A stretch of 63,690 bases of DNA, the filler included, from Octopus bimaculoides (Eukaryota): assembly GCF_001194135.2 (NCBI RefSeq). It is 5 parts of 4 records of this genome, joined end to end, with 100 filler letters (N's around TTAATTAATTAA, not from the genome) between each part and the next. Parts side by side here need not be neighbours in the genome. Positions count along the whole stretch, not along the records: positions 34,128 to 56,168 come from NC_068982.1; 4 more parts are not named here. One strand, 5' to 3'. The translations under genes and the position numbers were made by a program. This document shows positions 40,402 through 53,010 of this stretch, in pieces (position 1 is the stretch's first letter; each line of letters starts with the position of its first letter). The notes under the pieces are model-generated. The model worked only from the letters and a program-made list of their open reading frames with translations, was not told the origin of the DNA and did no database searches.

Positions 40402-40977
40402 GTCTCCTGTAATTCTATAGTCTTTTATTCTTCACATAAAACCCACTGGCCTGCATTGAAACAATACTTTCTTACCATCTTCTTGCAGACAAATTCATTC
40501 AGCCTCCTCATCCATTCCTCCCTCTCAACTCTCTCACATCAAAGCACTTTCTGCTTTTCTGCCAAGCTGGAGCACCACCTTGAATTATTCTTTCTAGTCA
40601 AACGAATCAACCCCCAGTATTTTTTTTTTGTAAACCTAGTACTTATTCTATCAGTCTCATTTGCTGAACCACTAAGTTATAGCGGTGTAAACAAACACAA
40701 GGACATGCACACAGGTATTTATGTATGACAGGCTTCTTTCAGTTTCCGTCTACTATATCCACTCTCAAACCTTTGGTCAGCCCAAGGCTATTAGATAAAG
40801 ACACTTGCCCTAGGTGTCACTCACTGGGACTGAACCTGGAACCATGTGGTTGGGAGACAAACTTCTTATCATACAACCATGCCTCTATGTGTGTGTGTGT
40901 GTGTAACGTTTTCCTTGTACATTCAGGTCTCTTGATTTTGAGGGGGGGGTTTTATCACAAGAGATATATCTGAGACT

Positions 40978-41325
40978 TTATTACCTCCACCTTAGCGAAG
41001 GTGGAGGTATTGTTTTCAGTCACATTTGTTTGTTTGTCTGTGGACAAGATATCTCAAGAACTGCTGAATGGATTCAGATGAAACTTTGGCCTCATAACCT
41101 GCACGTACTGATTAGATTTGGGGATCGATCTGGCACTGGATAAGAATTCTGGATTATTTTTACTTAATTTTTGAGAGCGGTCGGGGTTCATTTTTAGTTT
41201 TCTCGTTTGTAAGAGCAGTCGAGTTTATTTCAGATATTCTCATTTTAAAAATCATCTCTGGCTAATTGTTGAGTGGACGTTGGTGTTGCCTTGGCGGAGG
41301 TTTGCGCTCTCTGAGTGCTCTTGTT
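40978..41325 (+). mobile_element. Helentron-associated non-autonomous element (HINE/DINE-1-like)
   Basis: 5' TTATTACCTCCACCTT-AGCG-AAGGTGGAGGT palindrome, (TTTG/TCTG) microsatellite, 3' CCTTGGCGGAGGT subterminal inverted repeat, GCGCTC-TCT-GAGTGC stem-loop, T-rich ends. Confidence 0.8.
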
Positions 41326-42614
41326 TATATTTGTTACACTCAACAAGTCACAACAGCAACAATAAAAACGTTTTATTGAAAAAATTTCTGAGTCTTTTTC
41401 TTTTTATTTTGACTGTTTTTCTTTACTCAACGTTTTGTAGAAATGCTGAGAGGAAATCGTGAGGAATTCAAATTCCTTCTTTTTACTTCATAAATGCCTG
41501 ATTTAATATTAAGTATGAAAAACCCCTTGTAAACCCAACCACTCTCTCTCTGTATATATATATATAAACACACACACACATACAAGCACACACTTTTTTT
41601 AATATTTTTAATCAACAGAAGAATTACAAAACAGATCCAAACACCAATTCTTTTTGTTTAAGAAAAAAACCTCTGAAATTTGAAGTCAGTTTTTGGTGAT
41701 GAATTACCATGGGCAAAACTCTCTGCTTTTGAGTCACTTTTGTAACTATCTACTGTTTAAAAATAATTTTTGTAAAAGGATATAAATACTCATGTATTGA
41801 ATTCTGTTTGTCCTGTGTGTTCTGAACCTCTGTGTGTATGTGTGTGTGTGAGGCAGATGAATGCTTTGTCTTTACCTAACAGGTGAGGGTGAGAAATGTC
41901 TACCAGACAGGAATGTCAAATGTGTTGACAATGTTTAACTTGAATTTGTGAAGGTTTATCATCATCGTCGTCGTCATCCAGTGTTTTAAATCCAGGTTTT
42001 GTCCCCATTAACAGGGTTGGCCAGATCTACCTCAATGCCTTAGCAACCGAGGTAGGCAGGTGCTGCCCAACCCAACCTTTGGGCTGGCTGGTGCCCATTC
42101 TCCTTTGCTATCATGAGGCTTTTTTGGAGCTGGATTTTCTTGCTTACCCCCAACCTCAGTTTCTAGACATTAGTGGTCCGAGACCAAGGGCTCTACCATG
42201 GTTTTTAAGAAACTAGCTCAGGAAGTCAGGGATGCTACTCCCTGAGAGCCCTTTCAGAGCCCCACTAATGACTCTAAAAATAAAGGGGCTGTGAAGTAGG
42301 TCTGAAGAGATTTTAAGCTGTCAAGACATGAAAATATGAGCAAAAGATTTGTGAATGGGACAGTGCAGTCTCTTTTGCCGAACAACTAATTATGGGGACA
42401 TAAACACATCACCAGTTGTCAAGCGCTGGTGATGGGACAAACAGACACAAAAGTGCGTGCACACACATACATATATATATACATATATACACGACAGGAT
42501 TCTTTCAGTTTCCTTCTATCAAATCCACTCTCAAAACATGGTTGGCCTGTGGTGGTTATAGTAGAAAGCACTTGCTCATTGTGCCATGCACTGAAACTAA
42601 ACCAGGAACCATAT

Positions 42615-42870
42615 TCCATAACTACCATTTAACATCATCAGCCAATCTATGAATCTAGAACATATAATGATATTAAGAAGGATCTGAGAATATATGCCAT
42701 TTAACTAGGTTAACCAATTAATACATGCCATTTAAACTATGCTAAGAATAAATGCCATTTATCTATGGTAAAGTATCTTAAGAATATATGTCACTTTAAA
42801 GATATTAAAGAATCTAAAACTATAATTTAGTGATGCTAACCAATCTAAGAATATGTGTGCCATTTAACAG
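42615..42870. repeat. Degenerate AT-rich tandem repeat (AAGAATATATGCCATTTAAC core)
   Basis: The core motif recurs about 6 times at irregular 30-45 bp spacing. Confidence 0.6.
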
Positions 42871-43619
42871 CAGGGTTGCTGCTGCTAAATTCTGACCTCA
42901 TTGGTGAGGATTGCAGACCAGTGTGCACACACAAACACATACACACATGCATATATCTCTCATACATACGCAGGTATATACACACATCCAAACACATCTA
43001 TTTTTAGAGGAGGGATGACCAACCCTGCTGTCCCCCATGCTAACCCCATAACCCTTGGCTCCCCTGTCATCTGTTCTCTACATACAGGCATTACATACAT
43101 AAATAGATACATATATACATAGACATGCATGCATGCACACATGTCTACATGTATGCATGCAAGTTATTATTTATCATACATACATATATGTGTGTATGTA
43201 TACACACACATTCATGCATGAACATACACACACAGACACACCTTTAATCCTAACCTCACAGAAGGCCATTTCTAAAACGCCTTCACATTATCAAAACGCA
43301 TGTATATATATGCGTGTGTGTGTATCTAGTTTGTTGGTCGTCTAACCATAAGTGAATCTTGATTGAGTAAGGGAGCCTATGGCTGCTATGTCTAGCAAGT
43401 CGATTTTCGTCGTCATCCTTAATGCGGAAAATCTGGCTTCCACATCTGGCTCCGTCCACCAACTTTCTTTTCTTTATTAAAAATCTTCTTCTTTTTCTTC
43501 TTCTTCTTTCCCTCTTCTTCTTCTTCTTCAAATAGTTCCATCGTCAGTTCATGTTATTTGGTATTTGTTTTGTTTTAGATTTCGTTGTTATTGTTGAGGT
43601 TCGGAGGATTACCTTGAAC

Positions 43620-43666
<47 letters not shown>

Positions 43667-44819
43667 TCTCTGCCTGCTTGTCTTTTTCTCCCCTAACCCC
43701 CCTGCAGCTATTGTTTGGAGTCCCTGTTCACTGCCCTCAATCCCCACAGGATCTACCCCCGTCTCGTATCGATCNNNNNNNNNNNNNNNNNNNNNNNNNN
43801 NNNNNNNNNNNNNNNNNNNNNNNNNNNNNNNNNNNNNNNNNNNNNNNNNNNNNNNNNNNNNNNNNNNNNNNNNNNNNNNNNNNNNNNNNNNNNNNNNNNN
43901 NNNNNNNNNNNNNNNNNNNNNNNNNNNNNNNNNNNNNNNNNNNNNNNNNNNNNNNNNNNNNNNNNNNNNNNNNNNNNNNNNNNNNNNNNNNNNNNNNNNN
44001 NNNNNNNNNNNNNNNNNNNNNNNNNNNNNNNNNNNNNNNNNNNNNNNNNNNNNNNNNNNNNNNNNNNNNNNNNNNNNNNNNNNNNNNNNNNNNNNNNNNN
44101 NNNNNNNNNNNNNNNNNNNNNNNNNNNNNNNNNNNNNNNNNNNNNNNNNNNNNNNNNNNNNNNNNNNNNNNNNNNNNNNNNNNNNNNNNNNNNNNNNNNN
44201 NNNNNNNNNNNNNNNNNNNNNNNNNNNNNNNNNNNNNNNNNNNNNNNNNNNNNNNNNNNNNNNNNNNNNNNNNNNNNNNNNNNNNNNNNNNNNNNNNNNN
44301 NNNNNNNNNNNNNNNNNNNNNNNNNNNNNNNNNNNNNNNNNNNNNNNNNNNNNNNNNNNNNNNNNNNNNNNNNNNNNNNNNNNNNNNNNNNNNNNNNNNN
44401 NNNNNNNNNNNNNNNNNNNNNNNNNNNNNNNNNNNNNNNNNNNNNNNNNNNNNNNNNNNNNNNNNNNNNNNNNNNNNNNNNNNNNNNNNNNNNNNNNNNN
44501 NNNNNNNNNNNNNNNNNNNNNNGGGGAAAATGCCCTCCCCAGTAAATTTGTTGAAAGCTGGTTGACACTGATGGCTGTGACCTGAATGAACGAACACCTG
44601 TAGACTAGGAAATGACAGCTGAGTGAGGGCATTTTCCCCTGGGGGAGGGGTCAAGCTAATTTGGTGTCTGTGGGGTTCCTTGATTTATTACCTTCTACAT
44701 TGGCCTGTCACTTTTCTTATTTTATGTAAACTCCTCTCCCCCCACCCCCACCCTCTTCTGCCATTATATCCGGTCCTTTATTCCGTCCAAATTGTTCTTG
44801 AAATTTGAAATTATCATCA

Positions 44820-45110
44820 TCATCATCATTGGCACATCAGATACAATACTTTCTGCCATGTCTTCTTCGGCTGCCCTCTTCCCCACCTTCGATCCCTTTC
44901 AAACACTTCCATATTTCTTCAGACAACTCCCATCCCACCCCCCACTTCACATCCTCTTCTCCACACAGCTTCTCATTTCCTCTTCCTTTCCAGCCTTTTT
45001 TTTTCAATGAAGTACCTGTCTCATATAGCAAAGCATCAGACCACTTCTCCCCTTGCTATTGCCTTCAGTCAAGTAATCCATGACCATCACCTCTTAATGC
45101 GAAGTGCAAT
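44820..45110 (-). mobile_element. Old RTE LINE C-terminal fragment
   Basis: Minus strand ...WGRGQPKKTWQKV..., a GRGRP(R/K)KTW-like motif, ending in (GAT)n. Confidence 0.55.
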
Positions 45111-45265
45111 ACATCTGCTATTCTCCTACTCAATGCATTCTGTCTTTTAAAATATTATTGGAATGTGATTTGGAAATCATTTCTACTTTTGTTTGATTGT
45201 TTGATCTGTTTGATCGTTCGACAATATAGAGGCTCTCTTCTTTCCGTTTGAAACTGTAATTAATA

Positions 45266-45672
45266 TTTTTATTCTTTTACTTGTTTCAGTCATTTGACTG
45301 TGGCCAAGCTGCAGCATCACCTTTTAATTGAGCAAATTGACCCCAGTGCTTATTCTTTTGTAAGCCAAGTACTTATTCCATCAGTCTCTTTTTGCTGAAC
45401 CGCTAAGTTACGGGGACGTAAACACACCACCATTGGATGTCAAGCGATGTTGGGTGGGGGGGGGGACAAACACAGACACACAAACACACACATATATATA
45501 CATATATACGACGGGCTTCTTTCAGTTTCTGTCTACCAAATCCACTCACAAGGCTTTGATCGGTTTGAGGCTATAATAGAAGACACTCGCTCAAGGTGCC
45601 ACGCAGTGGGACTGAACCTGGAACCATGTGGCTGGGAACCAAGCTACTTACCACACAGCCACTCCTGTGCCT
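45266..45672 (-). mobile_element. Full-length tRNA-derived SINE, family A
   Basis: Head (TAGGCACAGGAGTGGCTGTGTGGTAAG...GGTTCAGTCCC), core, CA/TA microsatellite and tail are all present. Confidence 0.88.
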
Positions 45673-47394
45673 ATAATGTAATGTAATTAGAATAATTTAA
45701 TTAATATAAAGAATATTAATTACAATTTGAGTTTTAATTCAAACACTTTTTTTTATAAATGCATAAATCAGAATATATTTGTATGTTGAGTAGAAAAGTT
45801 GTTTTAGAAAATCACAAACTGTGTTCTGAGAATTTGGACGAGAAAAATTTTAGGATTATGGTAGTTGTATAAATATTTTGTAATAAATGGGGGGGGGACT
45901 AAAAGGGAGCTGGGATTGAACACAGAACTACATGACTGCAAAACAAACTCGATACTTCCACAGCCATGGCTAGTCAAAGACAATGCAACTGTGACCACCC
46001 TGTCTTTCTGTAAAATAGGAACTACATTCTCTTTGTAGATCTTCAATGAGATTCAGCTGCTACTTTTAACAAGTCAAGTGTCTAGAGACTGTCTTGTTGG
46101 TTCAATACTGAGTCTCTGACATGGCATTGGGATTCAGCTGACCATTGACAAACTGGACACAGCTCTTGGTGCAGCTGCATTTGCTGCAACAAGCAGTGGA
46201 TTGTCACCAAGAGATTTCTTAGACAAGCTGGTATCCACCTGGTCTCTCATTTAACCTTTTTCATATTAGTCTACCTGTAAGGCTGCAAACCTTGCAGGCC
46301 AAAATGTTAAGTGTTCTAAGTTCCAATTCTACCTCGATCGCCTTTGCTTTTCATTCTATCAGGGACAATAAAATGAGAACCAGTTATAAACTGAGGTTTA
46401 TGTAATCGGTTTACTCCCTTCCCAAAAATTTCTGGCCTTGTGCCAAAATTTGAAACTAGTATTAATCTACTTGAGCTCCCCCCCTCACACACACACACGA
46501 CACTCTTCTATAACAAAACTTCCAATTTTGAGGTGATTAAATTAAAGCCTTCCGTTAAAATCTCATCTTGATTTATGTTACAAACTTCAGCTTAATTAAT
46601 GATAAATTTATTTTACTAAACGATTCGTTATTTTCAAAATTAATTGAAATAAAGGCAACACAAAGATAGTAACAGAAGTTATAACAGAACAAAAGTATTA
46701 AGAGTCAGTGACCAGGTGCCAAATCAATATATAACACATGTTTATATAAGAGAAATATAAATATGATATCGTTTTCATAACAGCTGGTGAAATAGTGTTT
46801 ATAGAATTTCTTTCTGGTCAATAGGAGTTACCTCCCTTATGTTCATTCTTTCTCCTCTCTTTGGAAACCAGAGATTCGAAGAATTTTCTCCTTTTCTCTT
46901 CTGCCACAAATTTGCGCTGCAATCTATAAAACATAATTTTAGGTTTTTAAAACAAACGTGAACCTAAAACATTTCAATTCATTCTATGCAGGCGTGGCTG
47001 TGTGGTAAGTATCTAAGCCTGGGGCAAGTATTTTTTACTACAGCCTCAAGCCTACCAAAGCCTTGTCAGTGGATTTGGTAGATGGAAATTGAAAGAAGCC
47101 CATTATATACATGTGTGTGTGTGATAGTGTCTCTGTTTGTCCTTCGCCACTGCTTGCCAACCTGGTGTTGGTTTGTTTGACTAAAAATTTTTCATGGCGG
47201 TGCCCCAGCATGGCCTTAGTTTAATGTCTGAAACAAGTAAAAGATAAAATAGATTAAAATCCCCAACAGTTCATTAAATCTCTCGCTGTACCAAGAAGTT
47301 TTCTGTTGGCGCTGTGTTAGAAATGGTTTTTGGGTTTGATCAGGGAGAAGTACCCAGGTGGAAGGTATGTAATGCAGGGTAATCTATCAAATAA

Positions 47395-47697
47395 ACCTGC
47401 CTAATCACTGATCACGTGATTGACCAGGCTTTTAGATGTTGCACATCGCTTGTCACAATGCGCTTTGCATCATTTCAGCTTTTGAACGATGCCACCCGGG
47501 CAACCAGGCCGACATTTGCCCATGATTGGAAGGCTGGTCTGTTGCAGGGTTGGCCATTTACAGCTGAGTGGACTGGACCAACATCAAATGAAGTGTTTTG
47601 CTCAAAAACACAATGTGCCACCCAGCCTGGGAATCGAAACCCTGATCACTAGAACATAAGTACAACACACCTAACCACTGAGCCACACACCTCCACT
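47395..47697 (-). mobile_element. tRNA-derived SINE with family D head and core but a different tail (family E)
   Basis: Core CAGCTGAGTGGACTGG...CTCAA..ACAC shared with 57590-57650; tail shared with about 36110-36230. Confidence 0.75.
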
Positions 47698-47913
47698 GAT
47701 TCTATTGATTGCCATGTTATAAGGGTCTTTCAATGATTTTACTACCACTAAAGCCACTCCCATCAACACGTCACCTCTCTCCACCCACCCCCACCTCACT
47801 AACCACACTTATCACTTGTTCCATCCCAGCTAATGAGAGGTGGTTAATTAAGACAAAATAGACTTTGAAGCTGTAAATGTCAATATTATTATTTCTTTTT
47901 TTATATATATATA

Positions 47914-48260
47914 GGCGCAGGAGTGTCTCTGTGGTAAGTAGCTTGCTTACCAACGACATGGTTCCGGGTTCAATCCCACTGCGTGGCACCTTGGGCAAGT
48001 GTCTTCTACTATAGCCTTGAGCTGACCAAAACCTTGTGAGTGGATTTGGTAGACAGAAACTGAAAGAAGCCCGTCGTATATATGTATATGTGTGTGTGTG
48101 TCTGTTTGTCCCCATAACTTAGCGTTTCGGCAAAAGAGACCAATAGAATAAGTATTAGGCTTACAAAGAATAAGTTCTGGGGTAGATTTGTTCGACTAAA
48201 AGGCGGTACTCCAGCATGGCCACAGTCAAATGACTGAAACAAATAAAATGATAAAAAATA
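47914..48260 (+). mobile_element. Full-length tRNA-derived SINE, family A
   Basis: GGCGCAGGAGTG...GGTTCAATCCC head, CCTTGGGCAAGTGTCTT core, microsatellite, tail ending in A-rich repeats; further copies at about 34405, 39610, 40560, 48715 and 63490. Confidence 0.88.
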
Positions 48261-48370
48261 AATGAATAAAAACTAAAATAATTCCTTAATATGGAGGAGG
48301 AGGAGGCAGTCAAAGATGATTGTTTCTAGTTTGGTTCATCATCCCTACTTGACAACAAGTCCTACCACTT

Positions 48371-48417
<47 letters not shown>

Positions 48418-50960
48418 GGTGGCGACGGCAGCAGCAGTGTGTGTGTGCATGTGCATGTATGTTATGTGATGTCACTGTAGATAAAATGCAGCAGAAAAAA
48501 AAGCTTCTTCCCCCCCATTTTAGAGGCTGACAAATATTTCTGGAGCAAAAAAAGCTGTCTGTGTAGCCCTGTCCAAAGGACGAGGATGGCAGCTGGAAAG
48601 AAAAACACAATAAAAAAACAGTAAACCATAAGGACAACATTATCACCTGCTTTCAGGGTGTGTCTAATACAGCAGGTTCTTATGCTACACACTCTGTGTG
48701 TGTGTGTGTGTGTATTTTATCTTGTCTTAGTCATTAGACTACGACCATATTGGGGCATCTTCTTGAGTTTTTAGATGAATGAATCAACCCAGAAACTTCT
48801 GTTGTTTTTTAAGCCTGATACTTATTCTATCAGTCTCTTTTGCCAAACCACTAAGTTAGGGGGATATAAACAAACAAACACCTATTGTCAAGCAGTGGTA
48901 GGGGGACAAACACACACACACACACATCATATATGTATATACAATAAGCTTCTTTCAGTTTCCATCGACCGAAGACTATAGGTCAGCCCAAGACTATAGC
49001 AGAAAACACTTACTCAATGTGCCACACACTGGGATTGAAACTGGAATGATGTGGTCTGGAAGCAAACTTCTTACCACACAGCCACATAAACTAGATAAAT
49101 TAGAGAGGGGTTAGCAACAAATTACACACACACACACACACACACACTACACTTTACATAGTTTTATATGACTCCACTGAATTAAATGTAGAAATGTAGA
49201 GTAGCGCTGCCACTGACTTGATGTCTGTTAATGGTATTGGTGTAGGTCTTTACCAAAAACCCCACCTACCCACCCACCCCCTCCCAGCAGTCATGGCATT
49301 ATCATGTTGTGACGATGATGACGATGATGACTGACGTCAGTCTATTCATTGAAACAATTGCTGGCAAATGCTTTCCACTTTCTGCCCTGACTCATCTGGT
49401 ACCTCACCATTTACTCTCTCTCTCTCTCTCTCTCTCTTGTAGAGGTTACCAGTTCCAAGACACAGGACACACACACGCATGCACAGAGGAATGGTCTCCT
49501 TCTTAGTCTCTTATCTTTATTGGTTTGGTAAAGGGGTGGCGGTAGTAGGGGAGATGGTAAAAGGGTGGGGTGGAGAAAGGTGGTGGTGCAGCCACATGTG
49601 CTTCCCCCCCTACTTTAATTCAGCCTCTAACTAATCAGAAGCATTACTTAGAAATCAAATTATTTTACACACACACACACGTGTGGGGCGGTGGAGCACA
49701 CCTTATTTCCTTGTGTGTATGCAGCTATAGTTTGTACTTGGTTTTTAACTGAAAATCTGGGGTGCAACTTATACATACATAACCAGCTACAATGTGTGTG
49801 TGTGTGTGTGTGTATATATAGATAGAGAGAGAGAGACAGAGACAGACAGACAGACAGATAGGTAGATAGATAAGATTCATAGATGTATGTGTGTGTTTAT
49901 GTATATATGTATATGAATATATATGTGTTTGTGCATGTAAATATGCTTGTGTATGTATATAAATAGCTGTGTGTTTATATGTGTATGTATATATGTATAA
50001 TGTGTGTGGATACATATACAAATAGATGTTAGAATTTCCAAATCAAAATCAAAATATTTGTGAAACCATCCAACCCATGCCAGCATGGACAACGGATCAG
50101 GCTTTATTTATTTATCGGAAGCTGGGGTTTCCCTCCATCGTTAGCCTTATTACTGTTTTAAATAGGGACACACAGACAGAAAGACCAAGACACAACGCAG
50201 ATGTGGGGTGGGGGCACTTAAGAAGCTCACTTCTCAATCATATTACTTTGGGTTCAATCCCACCTTAGGTGAGTGTCTTCTATTGTAACCCCAGGTTAAG
50301 TAATGTCTGTGAGGAATTTGGTTAACAGAAAGAAGCCTGTCATATAGTTTTGTGTGTGTGTGTGTGTGTGAATGTTTCCATTCTATGACAGCTTTGTAGG
50401 GAACCATTTGATAATTGATTGTCCCGTGGTCAGCTGGCAGAATCGTTTGCACCCCGGAGGACGGAATGTTTGGCGGCATTTTGTCCATCTTTATGTGTCT
50501 TCTACTATAACCACAGGCCAACCAAAGCTTTGTGAATGGATTCGGTTAATAGAGACTGAAAAAAAGCCGATCGTGTGTGTGTGTGTGTGTATATATCATC
50601 ATCATCATTTAACGTCTACCTTCCATGCTGGCATGGGTGAGATGGTTTGACAGCAGCCAGCCAGGCAGAAGCCTGCACCAAACTTCTGCAACTGTTTTGG
50701 CAGAATTTTTACAGCTGGATGCCCTTCCTGACACCAACCACTCAGCAATATATATATATATGTATATATATATATATTTCCATGCCAGTGGCATGTAAAT
50801 GGCACCTAGTCCACACTCTGTAACGTGGTCGGCATTCAGGAGGGCATCCAGCTGTAGAAACCATGCTACAACAGATAATTGGAATCTGGACAGCTCCCTA
50901 ACTGGCCAGCTCCTGTCAAAACGTCCAGTCCATGCCAGCATAGAGAACAGACGCTGAACA

Positions 50961-50993
<33 letters not shown>

Positions 50994-51379
50994 ATATGTG
51001 TGTGTGTGTGTCTTTATGTTGTGTTTGTCCCCTCCCCTTAACTAAGTGGTTCGGCAAAAGTGACTAATAGAATAAGTACCAGGCTTTAAAGGGGTGGGGG
51101 GCTGTAGTCATTTCAAGCCACAAAAAATTCTTCGAGCTGGTGCCCCAGCATGGCCGCAGTCTGTGTATTAAAACAAGTAAAAGATAAAACAAATGGGTTG
51201 TTATCGGAAACAATAACTGAACTAAAAGCATGTGGACGTCATCCACTTTGATACAGCTGGGTTCTGGGTTCAAATTCTACCCTAGTTAACTTTGCCCTCC
51301 ATTTGCTGCAGTTCTTTGTTGAGGTCATCGAATCAATGGCATTTGTGGCTTCAGAACAATGTATATAAAGCTGTCACCC

Positions 51380-51718
51380 ACCATCATCATCACCATCATC
51401 ATCACCATCGTCATCACCATCATCATCACCATCGTCATCATCATCGTTATCACTATCGTCATCACCATCATCATCACTGTCATCGTCATCACTNNNNNNN
51501 NNNATCACCATCATCATCACCATCGTCATCACCATCATCATCACCATCGTCATCATCATCGTTATCACTATCGTCATCACCATCATCATCACTGTCATCG
51601 TCATCACCATCATCATCACCATCGTCATCACCATCATCACCATCGTCATCATCATCGTTATCACTATCGTCATCACCATCATCATCACTGTCATCGTCAT
51701 CACTGTCATCGTCATCAT
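51380..51718. repeat. Higher-order (CAT/CAC/CGT) trinucleotide repeat
   Basis: The variant block CATCGTTATCACTATCGTCATCACCATCATCATCACTGTCATCG occurs three times; the last two are 96 bp apart. Confidence 0.85.
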
Positions 51719-52686
51719 TCAAATTATTTCAATGTTTTCTGGGTAGTTTTTACTGCACAATTAGGTTAATGTTGATGTGTCCAGGGGTGTGTGTATGTAC
51801 ACCTTTAGAGGTGGGGGTGGAGTCGTGTTTTTGCTTGTGAACAGGGTGGGGAGTGGGGTGTTTTTTTTTATTCCTACATTGTCCCTTTGTGGACAAATAA
51901 ACCCTCACCATCATCGTGTCTGCTCCAATCCCTGAAGAGGCCATCTTATTAACTAACAAGACACTATCAGCATTCACACTGATAATGTATGTACATATAT
52001 AATGACTGTGTATCTGTGATCCTGTACAACTCATCTGGCTGACTCACACGGCAGGGCATTGGCGGTGGCGGTGGTGGTGGTGGTGGTGGTGGTGGTGAAG
52101 GAGGGTCACATCACAATAGTTAAATGTCAGCTTCAAAGGTCTATTGGTTAAAGATTTGTCCTGTCTTAGTTGGGTGACAGCAGACTTTTATTATGAATAA
52201 ACAGTACTGAGACAGTGAGAGAGGGCAGTGGTGATGGTGGTGGTGGCAAGGGGGGAGAGTGGTGGGGGCTGGTGATATGGTTTAATTGCTACAGTTTTGA
52301 TTAAACAATTCCTCTGTTAATCAGCCAAGATGGTGCAGTGTTGTTTTATTTCATTAATTGGTTTCAGTCATTTGAATGTGGCCATGCTGCAGCACTGACT
52401 TCAAACAGTTTTAGTCCTAAGTCTGGTATTGACAATTTTATAGAATCACTGACTTATGGCCATTTCATACAATTCCCTTCCTTAGTAATCACACACACAA
52501 GGCTTCTACACAGTTTCCATCAACGACATTCCCCTCACATGACATTGGTCTATTCCAATTCTAACCATTTTACTCAACATGCTACTGAGATTGAAACCAG
52601 AACTATCAACTTACAAAGTGAATTCCCAAACCACATTCATCTATACAGAATACAAGATGGCACTTTTCTGCAGGTCGATAATGCTT

Positions 52687-52915
52687 CTTATTATTTTGGT
52701 TTGGCTCAGGTTCGGTCTTATTCCTGGCAGGAATTATGTGGATAGCAGGTTACTACCTGTAACCACAAGTCTTCAGCTGTCTTTCAAGGGCTTAGAACCC
52801 TCCTGATGATCCCTGCTCTCCCTAACAGACAAACTTTCTGCAGGAGCTTTACCAGGCTTTCAATTTCAGTCTCCTTCAGTTGTTTCTCTACATCTTTGAC
52901 AAATTATTCTCCTCC
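52687..52915 (-). mobile_element. RLE-type LINE 3' fragment
   Basis: Minus strand VEKQLKETEIESLVKLLQKVCLLGRAGIIRRVLSP*, then a 3' UTR and a short TAA tail. Confidence 0.7.
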
Positions 52916-52947
52916 AAAATTTCAGACCTTGTGCCTATAGTAGAAAG

Positions 52948-52967
52948 AATTATTATTACTGTTATTA

Positions 52968-53010
<43 letters not shown>

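Noticed and set aside
51292-51840. His-rich protein ORF
   Set aside because: Openness in all frames follows from the triplet repeat; no convincing start or splice signals
52338-52745. 135-aa plus-strand ORF
   Set aside because: Starts in a SINE fragment and ends antisense to an RLE LINE remnant; no splice or homology support
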